DNA of 64,000 nucleotides from a virus: IMG/VR virus record IMGVR_UViG_3300014205_000222; one strand, 5' to 3'. Shown piece by piece: positions 9,555 to 18,303 of this stretch (position 1 is its first letter; each line of letters starts with the position of its first letter). The notes under the pieces were generated by a model. It saw only the letters and a program-made list of their open reading frames with translations, ran no database searches and was not told where the DNA came from. The position numbers and the translations under genes were made by a program.

Positions 9555-9563
9555 GAGGCAAAG

Positions 9564-9740
9564 ATGGTTGTTCCAGAAGGCGACGGATTGGATGAGAAAG
9601 ATGGTATAATTGAACGCACTTGTGATCAATGCGAAGAGGGATCTAAAACTGGATTTGCCGAAACTTGTCCTTACGGAGAGGATGGGCATCTTATCTGTCC
9701 AAAGATAAAGGCAGCAATCGAAGTAAACGAGGGATTGTGA
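9564..9740 (+). CDS. acidic Cys-containing protein (58 aa)
   Basis: Manual ORF after gtaggaggcaaagATG. Confidence 0.4.
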   Translation: MVVPEGDGLDEKDGIIERTCDQCEEGSKTGFAETCPYGEDGHLICPKIKAAIEVNEGL

Positions 9741-9760
9741 ATGTCAAGGTGAGAACATGA
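9734..9760 (+). promoter_or_regulatory. gene-junction cassette GATTGTGAATGTCAAGGTGAGAACATG
   Basis: See 8667-8695. Confidence 0.45.
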
Positions 9761-9894
9761 TATGTGAAGAAACTGGAGAAGAATGTGATCCTAAAACAAA
9801 TCCCTTCTGTGGAGAGACAGACGATTGGTGTGTTGAGGCATTTGCTGAAGCGGTCAAAAATGGGGTACAGAGATTCAATCCGTTTAAAGATTGA
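9757..9894 (+). CDS. Cys-rich small protein (45 aa)
   Basis: Manual ORF MICEETGEECDPKTNPFCGETDDWC…; cassette motif upstream. Confidence 0.4.
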   Translation: MICEETGEECDPKTNPFCGETDDWCVEAFAEAVKNGVQRFNPFKD

Positions 9895-9912
9895 TTGTAG
9901 GGTGTAAAGATG
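9889..9912 (+). promoter_or_regulatory. gene-junction cassette GATTGATTGTAGGGTGTAAAGATG
   Basis: Near-identical to 9351-9374. Confidence 0.5.
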
Positions 9913-10068
9913 AATCTTGATTTGAAATGGAAATGCCCAGACTGTGGAAACAAATCCGAATATACGCTCTCAATAGAAAATGGAAATATAATCAGAGCGG
10001 AATGCCGGAACTGTGGATTTAAGAATGGTTTGCCAAGATCCATATTTGATTGTAAATTGTCAAGGTGA
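9910..10068 (+). CDS. zinc-ribbon protein (52 aa)
   Basis: Manual ORF MNLDLKWKCPDCGN…CRNCGF…; cassette motif upstream. Confidence 0.45.
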   Translation: MNLDLKWKCPDCGNKSEYTLSIENGNIIRAECRNCGFKNGLPRSIFDCKLSR

Positions 10069-10075
10069 AAAAATG
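10048..10075 (+). promoter_or_regulatory. gene-junction cassette GATTGTAAATTGTCAAGGTGAAAAAATG
   Basis: Motif partly encodes C-terminus (…DCKLSR*) of upstream gene. Confidence 0.5.
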
Positions 10076-10291
10076 ACAATGGATAAAAAGAGAATGAGCC
10101 TCTGTGATAATTTATTATATGGGCGTTGTAATCTTGACGGGTCATTATCTGGATTAAATATTAGGGAAAACGATCCCGATAAATATGGATGTACGTGTCC
10201 ATATTTTTACAATCCCGATGATATGCAAAACTGTGTAAATTATCGTGGTCAAGAACTTCTTCCAAATCGACGAGGGAAAACGCGAAGGTAA
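10073..10291 (+). CDS. Cys-containing protein (72 aa)
   Basis: Internal Met of listed ORF 10013..10291; cassette motif upstream. Confidence 0.45.
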   Translation: MTMDKKRMSLCDNLLYGRCNLDGSLSGLNIRENDPDKYGCTCPYFYNPDDMQNCVNYRGQELLPNRRGKTRR

Positions 10292-10296
10292 AAATT

Positions 10297-10428
10297 ATGA
10301 TAACACTTGAACATTTGGAAAGACAGGAAAAAGAAGATGCGTTATATTTTTTAATTGGTGTTTATCTCAATCGAAGAGAAAGAGAAGCCAAAAAGAAGAA
10401 GACATGTTGTAAATCTTGTAAGAGGTAA
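10297..10428 (+). CDS. small protein (43 aa)
   Basis: Manual ORF; ends …CCKSCKR*. Confidence 0.3.
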   Translation: MITLEHLERQEKEDALYFLIGVYLNRREREAKKKKTCCKSCKR

Positions 10429-10431
10429 ACG

Positions 10432-10638
10432 ATGAAACAATTTTGGGTATATCTTAAACCAATTGAAGAATCAGATTATGTCGTTGAGGCAGATACAAAA
10501 GAAATGGCTATTGCTAAAGTAAAAAGACATTTTATAGAGAATTTACAACCATCTGATATATCTATATCCACTGTGTGGGAAGTTGATCCAGATTGTTACG
10601 ATAGTGTTCAAGTTGATATAAAATCGCAAGGAGATTGA
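10432..10638 (+). CDS. hypothetical protein (68 aa)
   Basis: ORF track; aagaggtaaacgATG SD. Confidence 0.45.
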   Translation: MKQFWVYLKPIEESDYVVEADTKEMAIAKVKRHFIENLQPSDISISTVWEVDPDCYDSVQVDIKSQGD

Positions 10639-10642
10639 GCGA

Positions 10643-10801
10643 ATGCCGGTATTTAGAGTTTTATTTTCTGACCCTCGGGCAGTCAACATTGAGGCAGAAA
10701 CGGAAGGAGAAGCCATTGAAATTGTAATGGCTCGTGAATGGGAATATGGAATGGATTGGGACGATGGAGAAATAGATATCACAAGTGTAACGGAACTGTG
10801 A
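10643..10801 (+). CDS. small protein (52 aa)
   Basis: Manual ORF after aaggagattgagcgaATG. Confidence 0.4.
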   Translation: MPVFRVLFSDPRAVNIEAETEGEAIEIVMAREWEYGMDWDDGEIDITSVTEL

Positions 10802-10808
10802 GGTAAAG

Positions 10809-10973
10809 ATGATTGAAAAAATTTACTTAAAAACAGAAATGTCCCGGCACAGTTGTGGCAATGCGATTGTAATTTGTCCTATTGAAGAAGGATGTTCAAA
10901 GGCAGATTATAATAGATTGATGCAATTGGCAAATAATGAGAAACGGGTATTTATTACAATTGAAGAAATTTGA
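10809..10973 (+). CDS. Cys-containing small protein (54 aa); last gene of + block
   Basis: Manual ORF after aggtaaagATG; block converges with minus-strand genes at ~10977. Confidence 0.4.
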   Translation: MIEKIYLKTEMSRHSCGNAIVICPIEEGCSKADYNRLMQLANNEKRVFITIEEI

Positions 10974-10977
10974 TGAT

Positions 10978-11346
10978 TTAATCTATTACAACACCTTTCA
11001 ATTTTAGTTCTTCTGTTTTTCGTTCAGAACAATTTTCGCATCTGAATTCTGGTGGTGATTCTGTGCGGTCATAATTCTTTGTTTTCACCAGTCTATATCC
11101 ACGAGAAATTTTACCACAATCTACGCACTTTATGTGTTCTTTTATTTCCCACTGTGAGGATAAAATGGGTGTCGTGAATATGAACCTGTCAACAAAGAAG
11201 AATATGGAGCCTCCTATTGCGTTTGCAGCGATTGTTGCTGTGACGTACCCATAATTACCGATAAGATACATAACCCCTGCTATAAGCGGTGTGCTAGCCT
11301 GCCAGCGCAACATGTAGAGGGCATACCGTTTCACATTAAATGTCAT
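10978..11346 (-). CDS. zinc-ribbon + 2-TM membrane protein (122 aa)
   Basis: ORF track; CENC…CVDCGK then hydrophobic helices. Confidence 0.5.
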   Translation of the reverse strand: MTFNVKRYALYMLRWQASTPLIAGVMYLIGNYGYVTATIAANAIGGSIFFFVDRFIFTTPILSSQWEIKEHIKCVDCGKISRGYRLVKTKNYDRTESPPEFRCENCSERKTEELKLKGVVID

Positions 11347-11623
11347 GGAGCAACATCTTCTCGCGCCAGTTTGTCCATGTTGCTACACTGTATTTATCTT
11401 GTAAATCCCATGGTTTGTCTCCATAGAATTTTTTCATTGTTTCTTTATATTCTAGAATTTCTTCAAGTATACGTTCTTTATCAAATGTGTACAATTCGCC
11501 CCATATAGTTTCCAGTATTTTTTGCATTCTGGTTGGTGCGGTTGAATACCGTCCTAATGTATATCGAAATGCATACATCACGATACTTCTGGCAGATTCT
11601 TTATCAAATTGTATTGTGTCCAT
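11336..11623 (-). CDS. hypothetical protein (95 aa)
   Basis: ORF track. Confidence 0.45.
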   Translation of the reverse strand: MDTIQFDKESARSIVMYAFRYTLGRYSTAPTRMQKILETIWGELYTFDKERILEEILEYKETMKKFYGDKPWDLQDKYSVATWTNWREKMLLHDI

Positions 11624-11660
11624 ATTTAATTGTTTGGTTTTTTTATATAAAAAGTTTGTG

Positions 11661-11927
11661 TTAATGATTAAAATTCAAATCCAAATTGTATTCTTTTTTT
11701 GCGATTTGGGCGATCTTGATAAGTGTTATATCTTGGTTTGCCAACTTGAAAATCATTTTCGCGGCAGTTTCCTGTTCGGAAAAATCACCACACATCAGAT
11801 GTGCATATTGGCGTTCTTCTCTGATGTGTGTTTCTTTTAAGTGTGCAAACCCATTTTCCCATCCGTGCATGTCCAACCATTTTATAATTTCTTCAAATGA
11901 AAATTCTGTAGCCTTGGTTTTTGTCAT
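11661..11927 (-). CDS. hypothetical protein (88 aa)
   Basis: ORF track. Confidence 0.45.
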   Translation of the reverse strand: MTKTKATEFSFEEIIKWLDMHGWENGFAHLKETHIREERQYAHLMCGDFSEQETAAKMIFKLANQDITLIKIAQIAKKEYNLDLNFNH

Positions 11928-11945
11928 TTTAAACCATCCATAGTT

Positions 11946-12290
11946 TTAGTATCCGAGTGCATCTAGTCTTTTGTTAATTTTATTTTTCTGTTCTTGTAGC
12001 AATTCGATGTCTCCTTCGATGTCTTCATATTCTCCTAGTAGTTTGTCTATTTCCTTTATTCTAGATTTTTCTCGTTCCTTGTCAAACGGTTCTTTTAATT
12101 TTGATAGTTTGGGATGAGAATATGTCTTACATTCTGCGCACGGGGTTTCATGTGAGAAATATGCACCGTGATTTTTTCCATTGCATCTTGGGCATTCCCA
12201 TACATAATTATTTGTTTCTACAATGTTGTGACTTTTAAGGAACAGTTCGATTTCTGGTTTCGTTTGTACAATGTTTATCATTTCAATCAC
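11946..12290 (-). CDS. zinc-ribbon + coiled-coil protein (114 aa)
   Basis: ORF track; CPRCNG…CAEC then Lys/Glu-rich heptads. Confidence 0.5.
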   Translation of the reverse strand: MIEMINIVQTKPEIELFLKSHNIVETNNYVWECPRCNGKNHGAYFSHETPCAECKTYSHPKLSKLKEPFDKEREKSRIKEIDKLLGEYEDIEGDIELLQEQKNKINKRLDALGY

Positions 12291-12589
12291 TTTGTTTGTC
12301 CATAAATCGGAAGTTTTTCAACAGATTCTTCTGTGTATACACAGTCTTGGTGACCTTTGGCTAAGGCAAATGATAACACACAAATTACAAAAATTTCAAG
12401 TATCCATATTAAAATTGATTTATACACAATTGGTTCATAAATTCCACCAAATTCTATATATATTGAGAATATTAATGGTGCCATTAAAAAAAATACACAA
12501 AGTTGTGGTATAAGAAATAGTGCCCAATTAAAATCTGTTATATGTTTATAATCGTATTGGTCGAGTGTCCTGTCTTTTTTCCGTGTCAT
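12287..12589 (-). CDS. membrane protein (100 aa)
   Basis: ORF track; multiple TM helices. Confidence 0.45.
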   Translation of the reverse strand: MTRKKDRTLDQYDYKHITDFNWALFLIPQLCVFFLMAPLIFSIYIEFGGIYEPIVYKSILIWILEIFVICVLSFALAKGHQDCVYTEESVEKLPIYGQTK

Positions 12590-12710
12590 TTTATCATCTC
12601 TAAAACAATCGGTAAACCAAATTTTAAAAATATAACGACAACTCCGGATAAAATTATACCCAACACGACTTTTGTATCGTCGCTGCTTTGGACCCCTTCA
12701 CCCCAACTCT

Positions 12711-13115
12711 TCATTTTATCCCGGTCATTTTGTCAACCACTGGTTTCCATGGCTTTTTATTTGATTTAACAATAACCCACGATCTTAACCCCGGCATTGA
12801 GTATTCACTCAATTTACAGAGCATAACTGGATAATCTGAAACGTCTTCTGCCGCGTAATGTCTTTCTGCTTTTTTAAGCGTGTTTTCATACCATTTGCTT
12901 GTTGTGTTTGTTTTTGGGTTGTATGACATCACCATAAATTCATCTTTCATTTTTAACCTCCACGAATCCAATCTTCTGGTTGTTTGGGGTAGAATATGCG
13001 ATAAATAATATATATGGCATATGCCAACATAAGACCAATAACAAGTCCAAACCCCCAATCTGGAATGGTGATTGATTTTGGGATATCGAGTGGTATTTCC
13101 ATATGAATTTAACAC
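12711..13115 (-). CDS. hypothetical protein (134 aa)
   Basis: ORF track. Confidence 0.45.
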   Translation of the reverse strand: MLNSYGNTTRYPKINHHSRLGVWTCYWSYVGICHIYYLSHILPQTTRRLDSWRLKMKDEFMVMSYNPKTNTTSKWYENTLKKAERHYAAEDVSDYPVMLCKLSEYSMPGLRSWVIVKSNKKPWKPVVDKMTGIK

Positions 13116-13129
13116 CTACCAATTTAATA

Positions 13130-13333
13130 TTATTTCATGTCTTCTATCAGTATAACAAGGTTTAGAAACCCTGTTACATCTGTTTCTGGTTTAACTTGGA
13201 TGTCGCAGTGATGGCATTTTCTCCACTTTGGGAAGCTTTCTATTTCATCCCAATCACGGTTACCGCAACTTGGGCAACAGAGTAAAAAGTTTACTCGACC
13301 CCGGTTTGTTGTTACTGAAAATGTGTCTGACAT
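13130..13333 (-). CDS. zinc-ribbon protein (67 aa)
   Basis: ORF track; CCPSCGN…CHHC. Confidence 0.45.
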   Translation of the reverse strand: MSDTFSVTTNRGRVNFLLCCPSCGNRDWDEIESFPKWRKCHHCDIQVKPETDVTGFLNLVILIEDMK

Positions 13334-13385
13334 ATATTGTAGTATTCGCTGTAATAATATATAAAAATTACGAAATTGTATTCAT

Positions 13386-13886
13386 TCAATATTCATTAGG
13401 TTCAATCTCCAATCTTACAATACGTTTTTGAATTTCATCTTTTATGTGAGAAGTAATTTTTTTAGTAGATATTTCGGCAATTTCTGTTAGTTTTGCATCG
13501 CCGTCTGTCCCTACCCATCGATAATTCTTGTAAAATTCTATTTTTTTGTCTAATACTTCTCGAAGTTTTTTATAATCCGTTCGGTCAAAAACATGTGGTT
13601 GGCGTGGCATATTTTTATCAAGATCTTCGATAATCAAACCAATAATATTTTTAAAATCTTTTTCCAATTGTTTTTTGATTTCATATTCCCAATCGCGTGA
13701 AATATAGAATGGTTTTATATCTGAACCAACTCGAATGAAATGGTTCGATTCTTTTATTTTATACTCGCAAAGTTCTGTTTCGAATGATTCGATAACTGTA
13801 GATAAAACATCTGCAGCATGTTCTGTGTTATATGCATCTATTTTTCCTCTAATTTCCACTGTAAAATCTACTTTTTCCATTTTCAT
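13386..13886 (-). CDS. hypothetical protein (166 aa)
   Basis: ORF track. Confidence 0.5.
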   Translation of the reverse strand: MKMEKVDFTVEIRGKIDAYNTEHAADVLSTVIESFETELCEYKIKESNHFIRVGSDIKPFYISRDWEYEIKKQLEKDFKNIIGLIIEDLDKNMPRQPHVFDRTDYKKLREVLDKKIEFYKNYRWVGTDGDAKLTEIAEISTKKITSHIKDEIQKRIVRLEIEPNEY

Positions 13887-14503
13887 TCGCCCCTGTAATC
13901 AATTTTGTTACAACTACAGAATTTATCGTGCATCTCAACTGATAGTTTTGCAAGGAATTTTAAATAGTCAGATCTTTTTAGTTTCACCATGTCATAAATC
14001 TCCTTATATCTCTTAATATTACCTTCGTAAAAGTGTTCGTAACCAACTGAACGTATTTTTTTATCTGCCATGAGCCATGCCATACCAGATTTCATATCTT
14101 TTGCGCGTTTGAAGAAATCTTCGTGTGCTTGTAATAGTGGCAATATCTCTTGGTAGTTTTTAGTTCGTTTGTCGTTGAGTGAGTGTAAATATTCATCACA
14201 GTCTGTGCTTAGTTCTTTTTCAGATTTTGTAATTTGATAATTTTTATCGCTGATGATAAAGCCCATGCATTCTTTTGAACTGCTACACGAAATATAAAGA
14301 CCATAATCACCTTTCAATTCGCCAAGAATACAAAACCCTTGCCGATTATAAACGTTCCTGTAATTGTCGAAATTTACACGAATGAAATGGTGGCACGCAC
14401 GACAGTAATTATATCCAAGGGATTTTATCTTGTCTTCAATTGTGTTTTCAATGGTTTCAATGTTGTTTATACAATCTGCCATAATATCTCTACTCCACAT
14501 CAA
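13883..14503 (-). CDS. hypothetical Cys-containing protein (206 aa)
   Basis: ORF track; CRACHHF motif. Confidence 0.5.
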   Translation of the reverse strand: MMWSRDIMADCINNIETIENTIEDKIKSLGYNYCRACHHFIRVNFDNYRNVYNRQGFCILGELKGDYGLYISCSSSKECMGFIISDKNYQITKSEKELSTDCDEYLHSLNDKRTKNYQEILPLLQAHEDFFKRAKDMKSGMAWLMADKKIRSVGYEHFYEGNIKRYKEIYDMVKLKRSDYLKFLAKLSVEMHDKFCSCNKIDYRGE

Positions 14504-14780
14504 TTACAGTTGCTTTTTTGGTTATACCATCCGGTCTTGTTGGTTTTTCGTGTAATCGCAACCACGTTGGTCTGCCACCATCACCATAATATTCAATGTC
14601 ATTTTCTGCGATTTCATCATCGGTCATAAATTCATACCGAACCCAATTACGATTGACACCGGTTACAGTAGCATCGGGGTCTGATTTTTTCATTAGTTCA
14701 ATTGCATGTTCAATTCCAATATGTTCTCCGATAACAACCCACGAACCATCTGAGAACATTTCTGCTTCTAAAACCGCCAT
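14490..14780 (-). CDS. hypothetical acidic protein (96 aa)
   Basis: ORF track. Confidence 0.45.
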   Translation of the reverse strand: MAVLEAEMFSDGSWVVIGEHIGIEHAIELMKKSDPDATVTGVNRNWVRYEFMTDDEIAENDIEYYGDGGRPTWLRLHEKPTRPDGITKKATVIDVE

Positions 14781-14781
14781 A

Positions 14782-15132
14782 TCATTTCCTCATCGTTTCG
14801 CATGGTGCGTTAACTACACGATATAACTTCATGGGGTCGTCGTTTATCAATGATTTAACGTTGACCAATTGGATTTCAATTGAAACGTTGATAGGAATGT
14901 TTTCGATTTTAGAACGACTTGCATTTATTCGTCCTATGTCAGTGTCAAGATAATATACATCTTCTCCATTTTCTATACAATGCATTTTTTCGTATATTTT
15001 GCAGTGTACAACATCCCCGGGCATATTAATACCACAATATATTCCCCATGCACCTATACCGCCAATCATAATAAATATAAGTAAAATTGGTAAAAAAACC
15101 ATAGATGAATAATCGTCGTCAATCATATTCAA
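14782..15132 (-). CDS. membrane-anchored protein (116 aa)
   Basis: ORF track; N-terminal TM. Confidence 0.45.
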   Translation of the reverse strand: MNMIDDDYSSMVFLPILLIFIMIGGIGAWGIYCGINMPGDVVHCKIYEKMHCIENGEDVYYLDTDIGRINASRSKIENIPINVSIEIQLVNVKSLINDDPMKLYRVVNAPCETMRK

Positions 15133-15142
15133 TCCTCTGCAT

Positions 15143-15325
15143 TTATCTCAAACTGTTTTTTAAAACCCAAACTTTTGGTTCTTCACATTTTGGCACATCA
15201 ACCGTTGTTGGTTTTCCACAATGTGGGCAGAACATATATTCCCGTGGCATCCCGTTGAGATACATTGCATCCATCTCTATTTCCTGTACAGTCCCATGAA
15301 CAGGGCATATAACACGTTTTATCAT
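15143..15325 (-). CDS. zinc-ribbon protein (60 aa)
   Basis: ORF track; CPVHG…CPHCGK. Confidence 0.4.
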   Translation of the reverse strand: MIKRVICPVHGTVQEIEMDAMYLNGMPREYMFCPHCGKPTTVDVPKCEEPKVWVLKNSLR

Positions 15326-15332
15326 TTCTGTA

Positions 15333-15674
15333 TCATCTCGTGGGGAATCTTCTTTTTTTTGGTTTTATATCATCGAAATATTCATCCCAAGATTTTAACC
15401 CCTGCCCGCGTGGGATATAGTTTATCGACATAGCAAATACAAGAATACCTGATACCAGAAGAATAACAGTTGCAATTGCTACCACAGTTGGGGATGAAAT
15501 TATAAAGTTATTTAAATTTTCGAACCAATCGGATGTTTTTGGTGCCAAAGCCCCACTTGTGTATAGAACAAAACCAAACAGTGCGGCAAAACCGAGTGCT
15601 ACAATCCCAAAGAATATACCAATTGTTTTAGCAATGCGTTGTAAAATGCTTATAACATTTCTTTTCTTAACCAT
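15333..15674 (-). CDS. membrane protein (113 aa)
   Basis: ORF track; 2-3 TM. Confidence 0.45.
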   Translation of the reverse strand: MVKKRNVISILQRIAKTIGIFFGIVALGFAALFGFVLYTSGALAPKTSDWFENLNNFIISSPTVVAIATVILLVSGILVFAMSINYIPRGQGLKSWDEYFDDIKPKKRRFPTR

Positions 15675-15715
15675 GTATAACCATATGGTGTCAATTGTAT
15701 AAAAGTATTTCGTTT

Positions 15716-16045
15716 TTATGTGTTTTCAATACCGAAACAATGGAAACACAGGTTTGTTGCAGATTCTTCTTCCCATTGATTAAGATCGCGTCCACACGAT
15801 TGGCACCGGGCACCATTCCCCCGGCGTTGTATTTTTTCTTTTATTTCTGAAAGCCTGTGCGCAGTGCCTACAGTTGTTATTCCTTCTGTCAAGGCATTTC
15901 CAAATCCAAAATATTCATGTTCGTATGGGTCTGACATATCAATTGAAAACGCCTCGCCCGTTTTGATTAGAAGCCATGTCAGAAGTATACCAACGAGTAT
16001 TGCTGATATAACGATAATTATCCAAAGTCCAAAATATGGTATCAT
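15716..16045 (-). CDS. membrane-anchored zinc-ribbon protein (109 aa)
   Basis: ORF track; TM then CQSCGR…CFHC. Confidence 0.45.
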   Translation of the reverse strand: MIPYFGLWIIIVISAILVGILLTWLLIKTGEAFSIDMSDPYEHEYFGFGNALTEGITTVGTAHRLSEIKEKIQRRGNGARCQSCGRDLNQWEEESATNLCFHCFGIENT

Positions 16046-16065
16046 TTTATATCACCTGATTTTTA

Positions 16066-16479
16066 TTAATGGTGTACACCAAATACAAGTTTGCATACAC
16101 GTTTGGCAATATATTCATATGCAGTAAGTGCAACCAGTTCTAGTGCGATTATGGTTCCAAACAGCATATACAATTTGTCAAAAAGTGTGCGTTCTGGTTC
16201 TGGAATAAAACAAAAAATACCAACACCGATTATAATTACAACCATTAAAATAACTGCTAAAACGCGTTCTTCTTTCCACATTCCTACAAATATAATCATG
16301 CAACCCATAGTTGCCACAGATGTTATTATATATCCAATGACAATTAACCACGGAAAATCTGATAATTGTGATGGAAGCACCGTTGTCAAATACCACCATA
16401 ACATAGCAGTTGCAACTGTAATTATCGCAGTAACACTTATCCTACACGCAATAGATTTTTTATCTGTTGATATGTTCAT
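16066..16479 (-). CDS. 4-TM membrane protein (137 aa)
   Basis: ORF track. Confidence 0.45.
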   Translation of the reverse strand: MNISTDKKSIACRISVTAIITVATAMLWWYLTTVLPSQLSDFPWLIVIGYIITSVATMGCMIIFVGMWKEERVLAVILMVVIIIGVGIFCFIPEPERTLFDKLYMLFGTIIALELVALTAYEYIAKRVCKLVFGVHH

Positions 16480-16493
16480 TTAAATCACCTATT

Positions 16494-16775
16494 TTAAAAA
16501 CATTTGATGTAATATATCTCATCATTCCAACTGAAATACCTATAATTAACTCTTGAACCGATTGGTATATACATCAGAAACTTTGTTGCTTTATCCGTAA
16601 CTTTGAAAGATTTTCCATCGATGATTGCATGGTTTTGGTCTTTGGATTGAAGTATACCAGTGTCATAATATTTCGCGCTGCCACTTCCGCCCGGTTCTCC
16701 ACTCCTTTCAAATGAATCGTATGGACATTGTGATGCCAATGACATCTCTGCCATTTCACCCATGATATTTTTCAC
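16494..16775 (-). CDS. hypothetical protein (93 aa)
   Basis: ORF track. Confidence 0.4.
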   Translation of the reverse strand: MKNIMGEMAEMSLASQCPYDSFERSGEPGGSGSAKYYDTGILQSKDQNHAIIDGKSFKVTDKATKFLMYIPIGSRVNYRYFSWNDEIYYIKCF

Positions 16776-17099
16776 ATCCTTCTACCGGGCAAACGTTTTT
16801 CGATTCGTCATCTAAAATTCTTGGGTATGTCCCTTTCTTATCTAAACCATCTTTTACCATAATATCACATGGCCCATCGTTGCATCGATAACAGGTAAAC
16901 TTGCTCATAGATATGCACCCATTTTGTCAATCTTTCCAGTAATAAATATAATCATGTCATCTAAATTGCTGAATACCCCGATTATATTGTTGTTGCTATC
17001 GAGTACTTCATAACAAATATCATCGTGGGCATCGCTAAACTTGTGAATAAGCAGTGTGCTCGTGTCTTTATACCAATGTTCTTCGTTTTCCATAAACAA

Positions 17100-17288
17100 T
17101 CACCATGGGTTTTGATGTTCGCGATACGCTTCGCAACCATCACATCGGTATGTAGCCCTACAGGTTTCCTGTACATTCTCTGATTCAGGCATTAATATGT
17201 GCCCGCCGCCACCACCACATTCAGGGCATGGTTGAGTTGTCATTCTATGTTTTCGTCCACACGATGGGCAATGTATTAATATGCTCAT
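17100..17288 (-). CDS. double zinc-ribbon protein (62 aa)
   Basis: ORF track; CPSCGRK…CPECGGGGG…CDGCEAY. Confidence 0.45.
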   Translation of the reverse strand: MSILIHCPSCGRKHRMTTQPCPECGGGGGHILMPESENVQETCRATYRCDGCEAYREHQNPW

Positions 17289-17509
17289 ACTCTGTAGTCT
17301 CCCCTTCTAATATACATATATGTTTCATTTGCATCAATGTACATAAATGGCATCTCATAATTAATATCGGTTCTCACCACGTACTTCTTACCATTCTTTT
17401 CAACAACCATCTCCAACGAATCTGAAGAGACTACAGACCCGCCAATAAGTTCATCCATTCCCGTATTATCCATTTTATGATTCCTCATCCTTGACCGGGA
17501 TATGCTCAT
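17285..17509 (-). CDS. hypothetical protein (74 aa)
   Basis: ORF track. Confidence 0.4.
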   Translation of the reverse strand: MSISRSRMRNHKMDNTGMDELIGGSVVSSDSLEMVVEKNGKKYVVRTDINYEMPFMYIDANETYMYIRRGDYRV

Positions 17510-17595
17510 ATGTTCAAATACACCCTGATAATATATTGTTATTCATCCTTTTTATATTTTTTGTAGTGTTTAGTATATATTTTTCGTTTCTCTGT

Positions 17596-17763
17596 CACAT
17601 CCACATTGCGTTTTCACATGCCTGTATAACGCCATCCCAATCTTCTTTTTCATATGCGTCTACAATCTTACGAATTTCATCAGGTGTCATTTCCATTCCT
17701 CCACCGTTTCTCATAGTAATACCTATTCTCTTTTTATCGGGTTGGATTTCGATTGTGTACATT
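17596..17763 (-). CDS. small protein (55 aa)
   Basis: Manual minus-strand ORF MYTIEIQPDKKRIGITMRNGGGMEMTPDEIRKIVDAYEKEDWDGV…. Confidence 0.35.
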
Positions 17764-17934
17764 AAAATTCTTCCTCAAAATAAGTTACCATTTTTTCTTG
17801 TTGCACATTGAAAACATCTTTGTTACTACATATGCAATGCCTTGATTGTCAAATGCCATGTAATTTAATGGATATGGCAAATCATATGATTCGCGAATTG
17901 TTTTTTCCCAATCTTCTTTTTGTTCTGGTGTCAT
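17764..17934 (-). CDS. small protein (56 aa)
   Basis: Manual minus-strand ORF MTPEQKEDWEKTIRESYDLPYPLNYMAF…; ATGA overlap with upstream gene. Confidence 0.35.
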
Positions 17935-18263
17935 TGTTTTTTATCCTCGGCATCTGGAAATATCTCGCCACCGGATAGACTGTTTAATACGTCAAGTCCT
18001 TTTACCGTTCGTTCAATATTTTTATTTACAAATGGTAGATAATCATCTGGAAATGACATAAGTTTTACGCCGAAACCATCATCAGTATAAAAAATTAATC
18101 TGCCCATGTTCACACATAATCCTTGTATTTCTGATATGTATTGCATTTCCAAAGCAATTGGTTCCCCCTGAACATACACACAGCCTTTGCTGTAGAAATT
18201 CCCAACATCACACATACATGGGTTGGTTCGTTTGGTGGAGAACCAGATGAACGAAATGGGCAA
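17931..18263 (-). CDS. hypothetical Cys-containing protein (110 aa)
   Basis: ORF track. Confidence 0.45.
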   Translation of the reverse strand: MPISFIWFSTKRTNPCMCDVGNFYSKGCVYVQGEPIALEMQYISEIQGLCVNMGRLIFYTDDGFGVKLMSFPDDYLPFVNKNIERTVKGLDVLNSLSGGEIFPDAEDKKQ

Positions 18264-18303
18264 TCTTTTACTTTTTTGGTTATATCAATAGCGATATCCA
18301 TGG

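Noticed and set aside
16091-16483. ORF 16091..16483 (+130 aa) and 16178..16399 (-) overlapping the 4-TM membrane protein gene
   Set aside because: Antisense or alternative frames of a hydrophobic gene. The plus-strand reading would break the uniform minus-strand operon.
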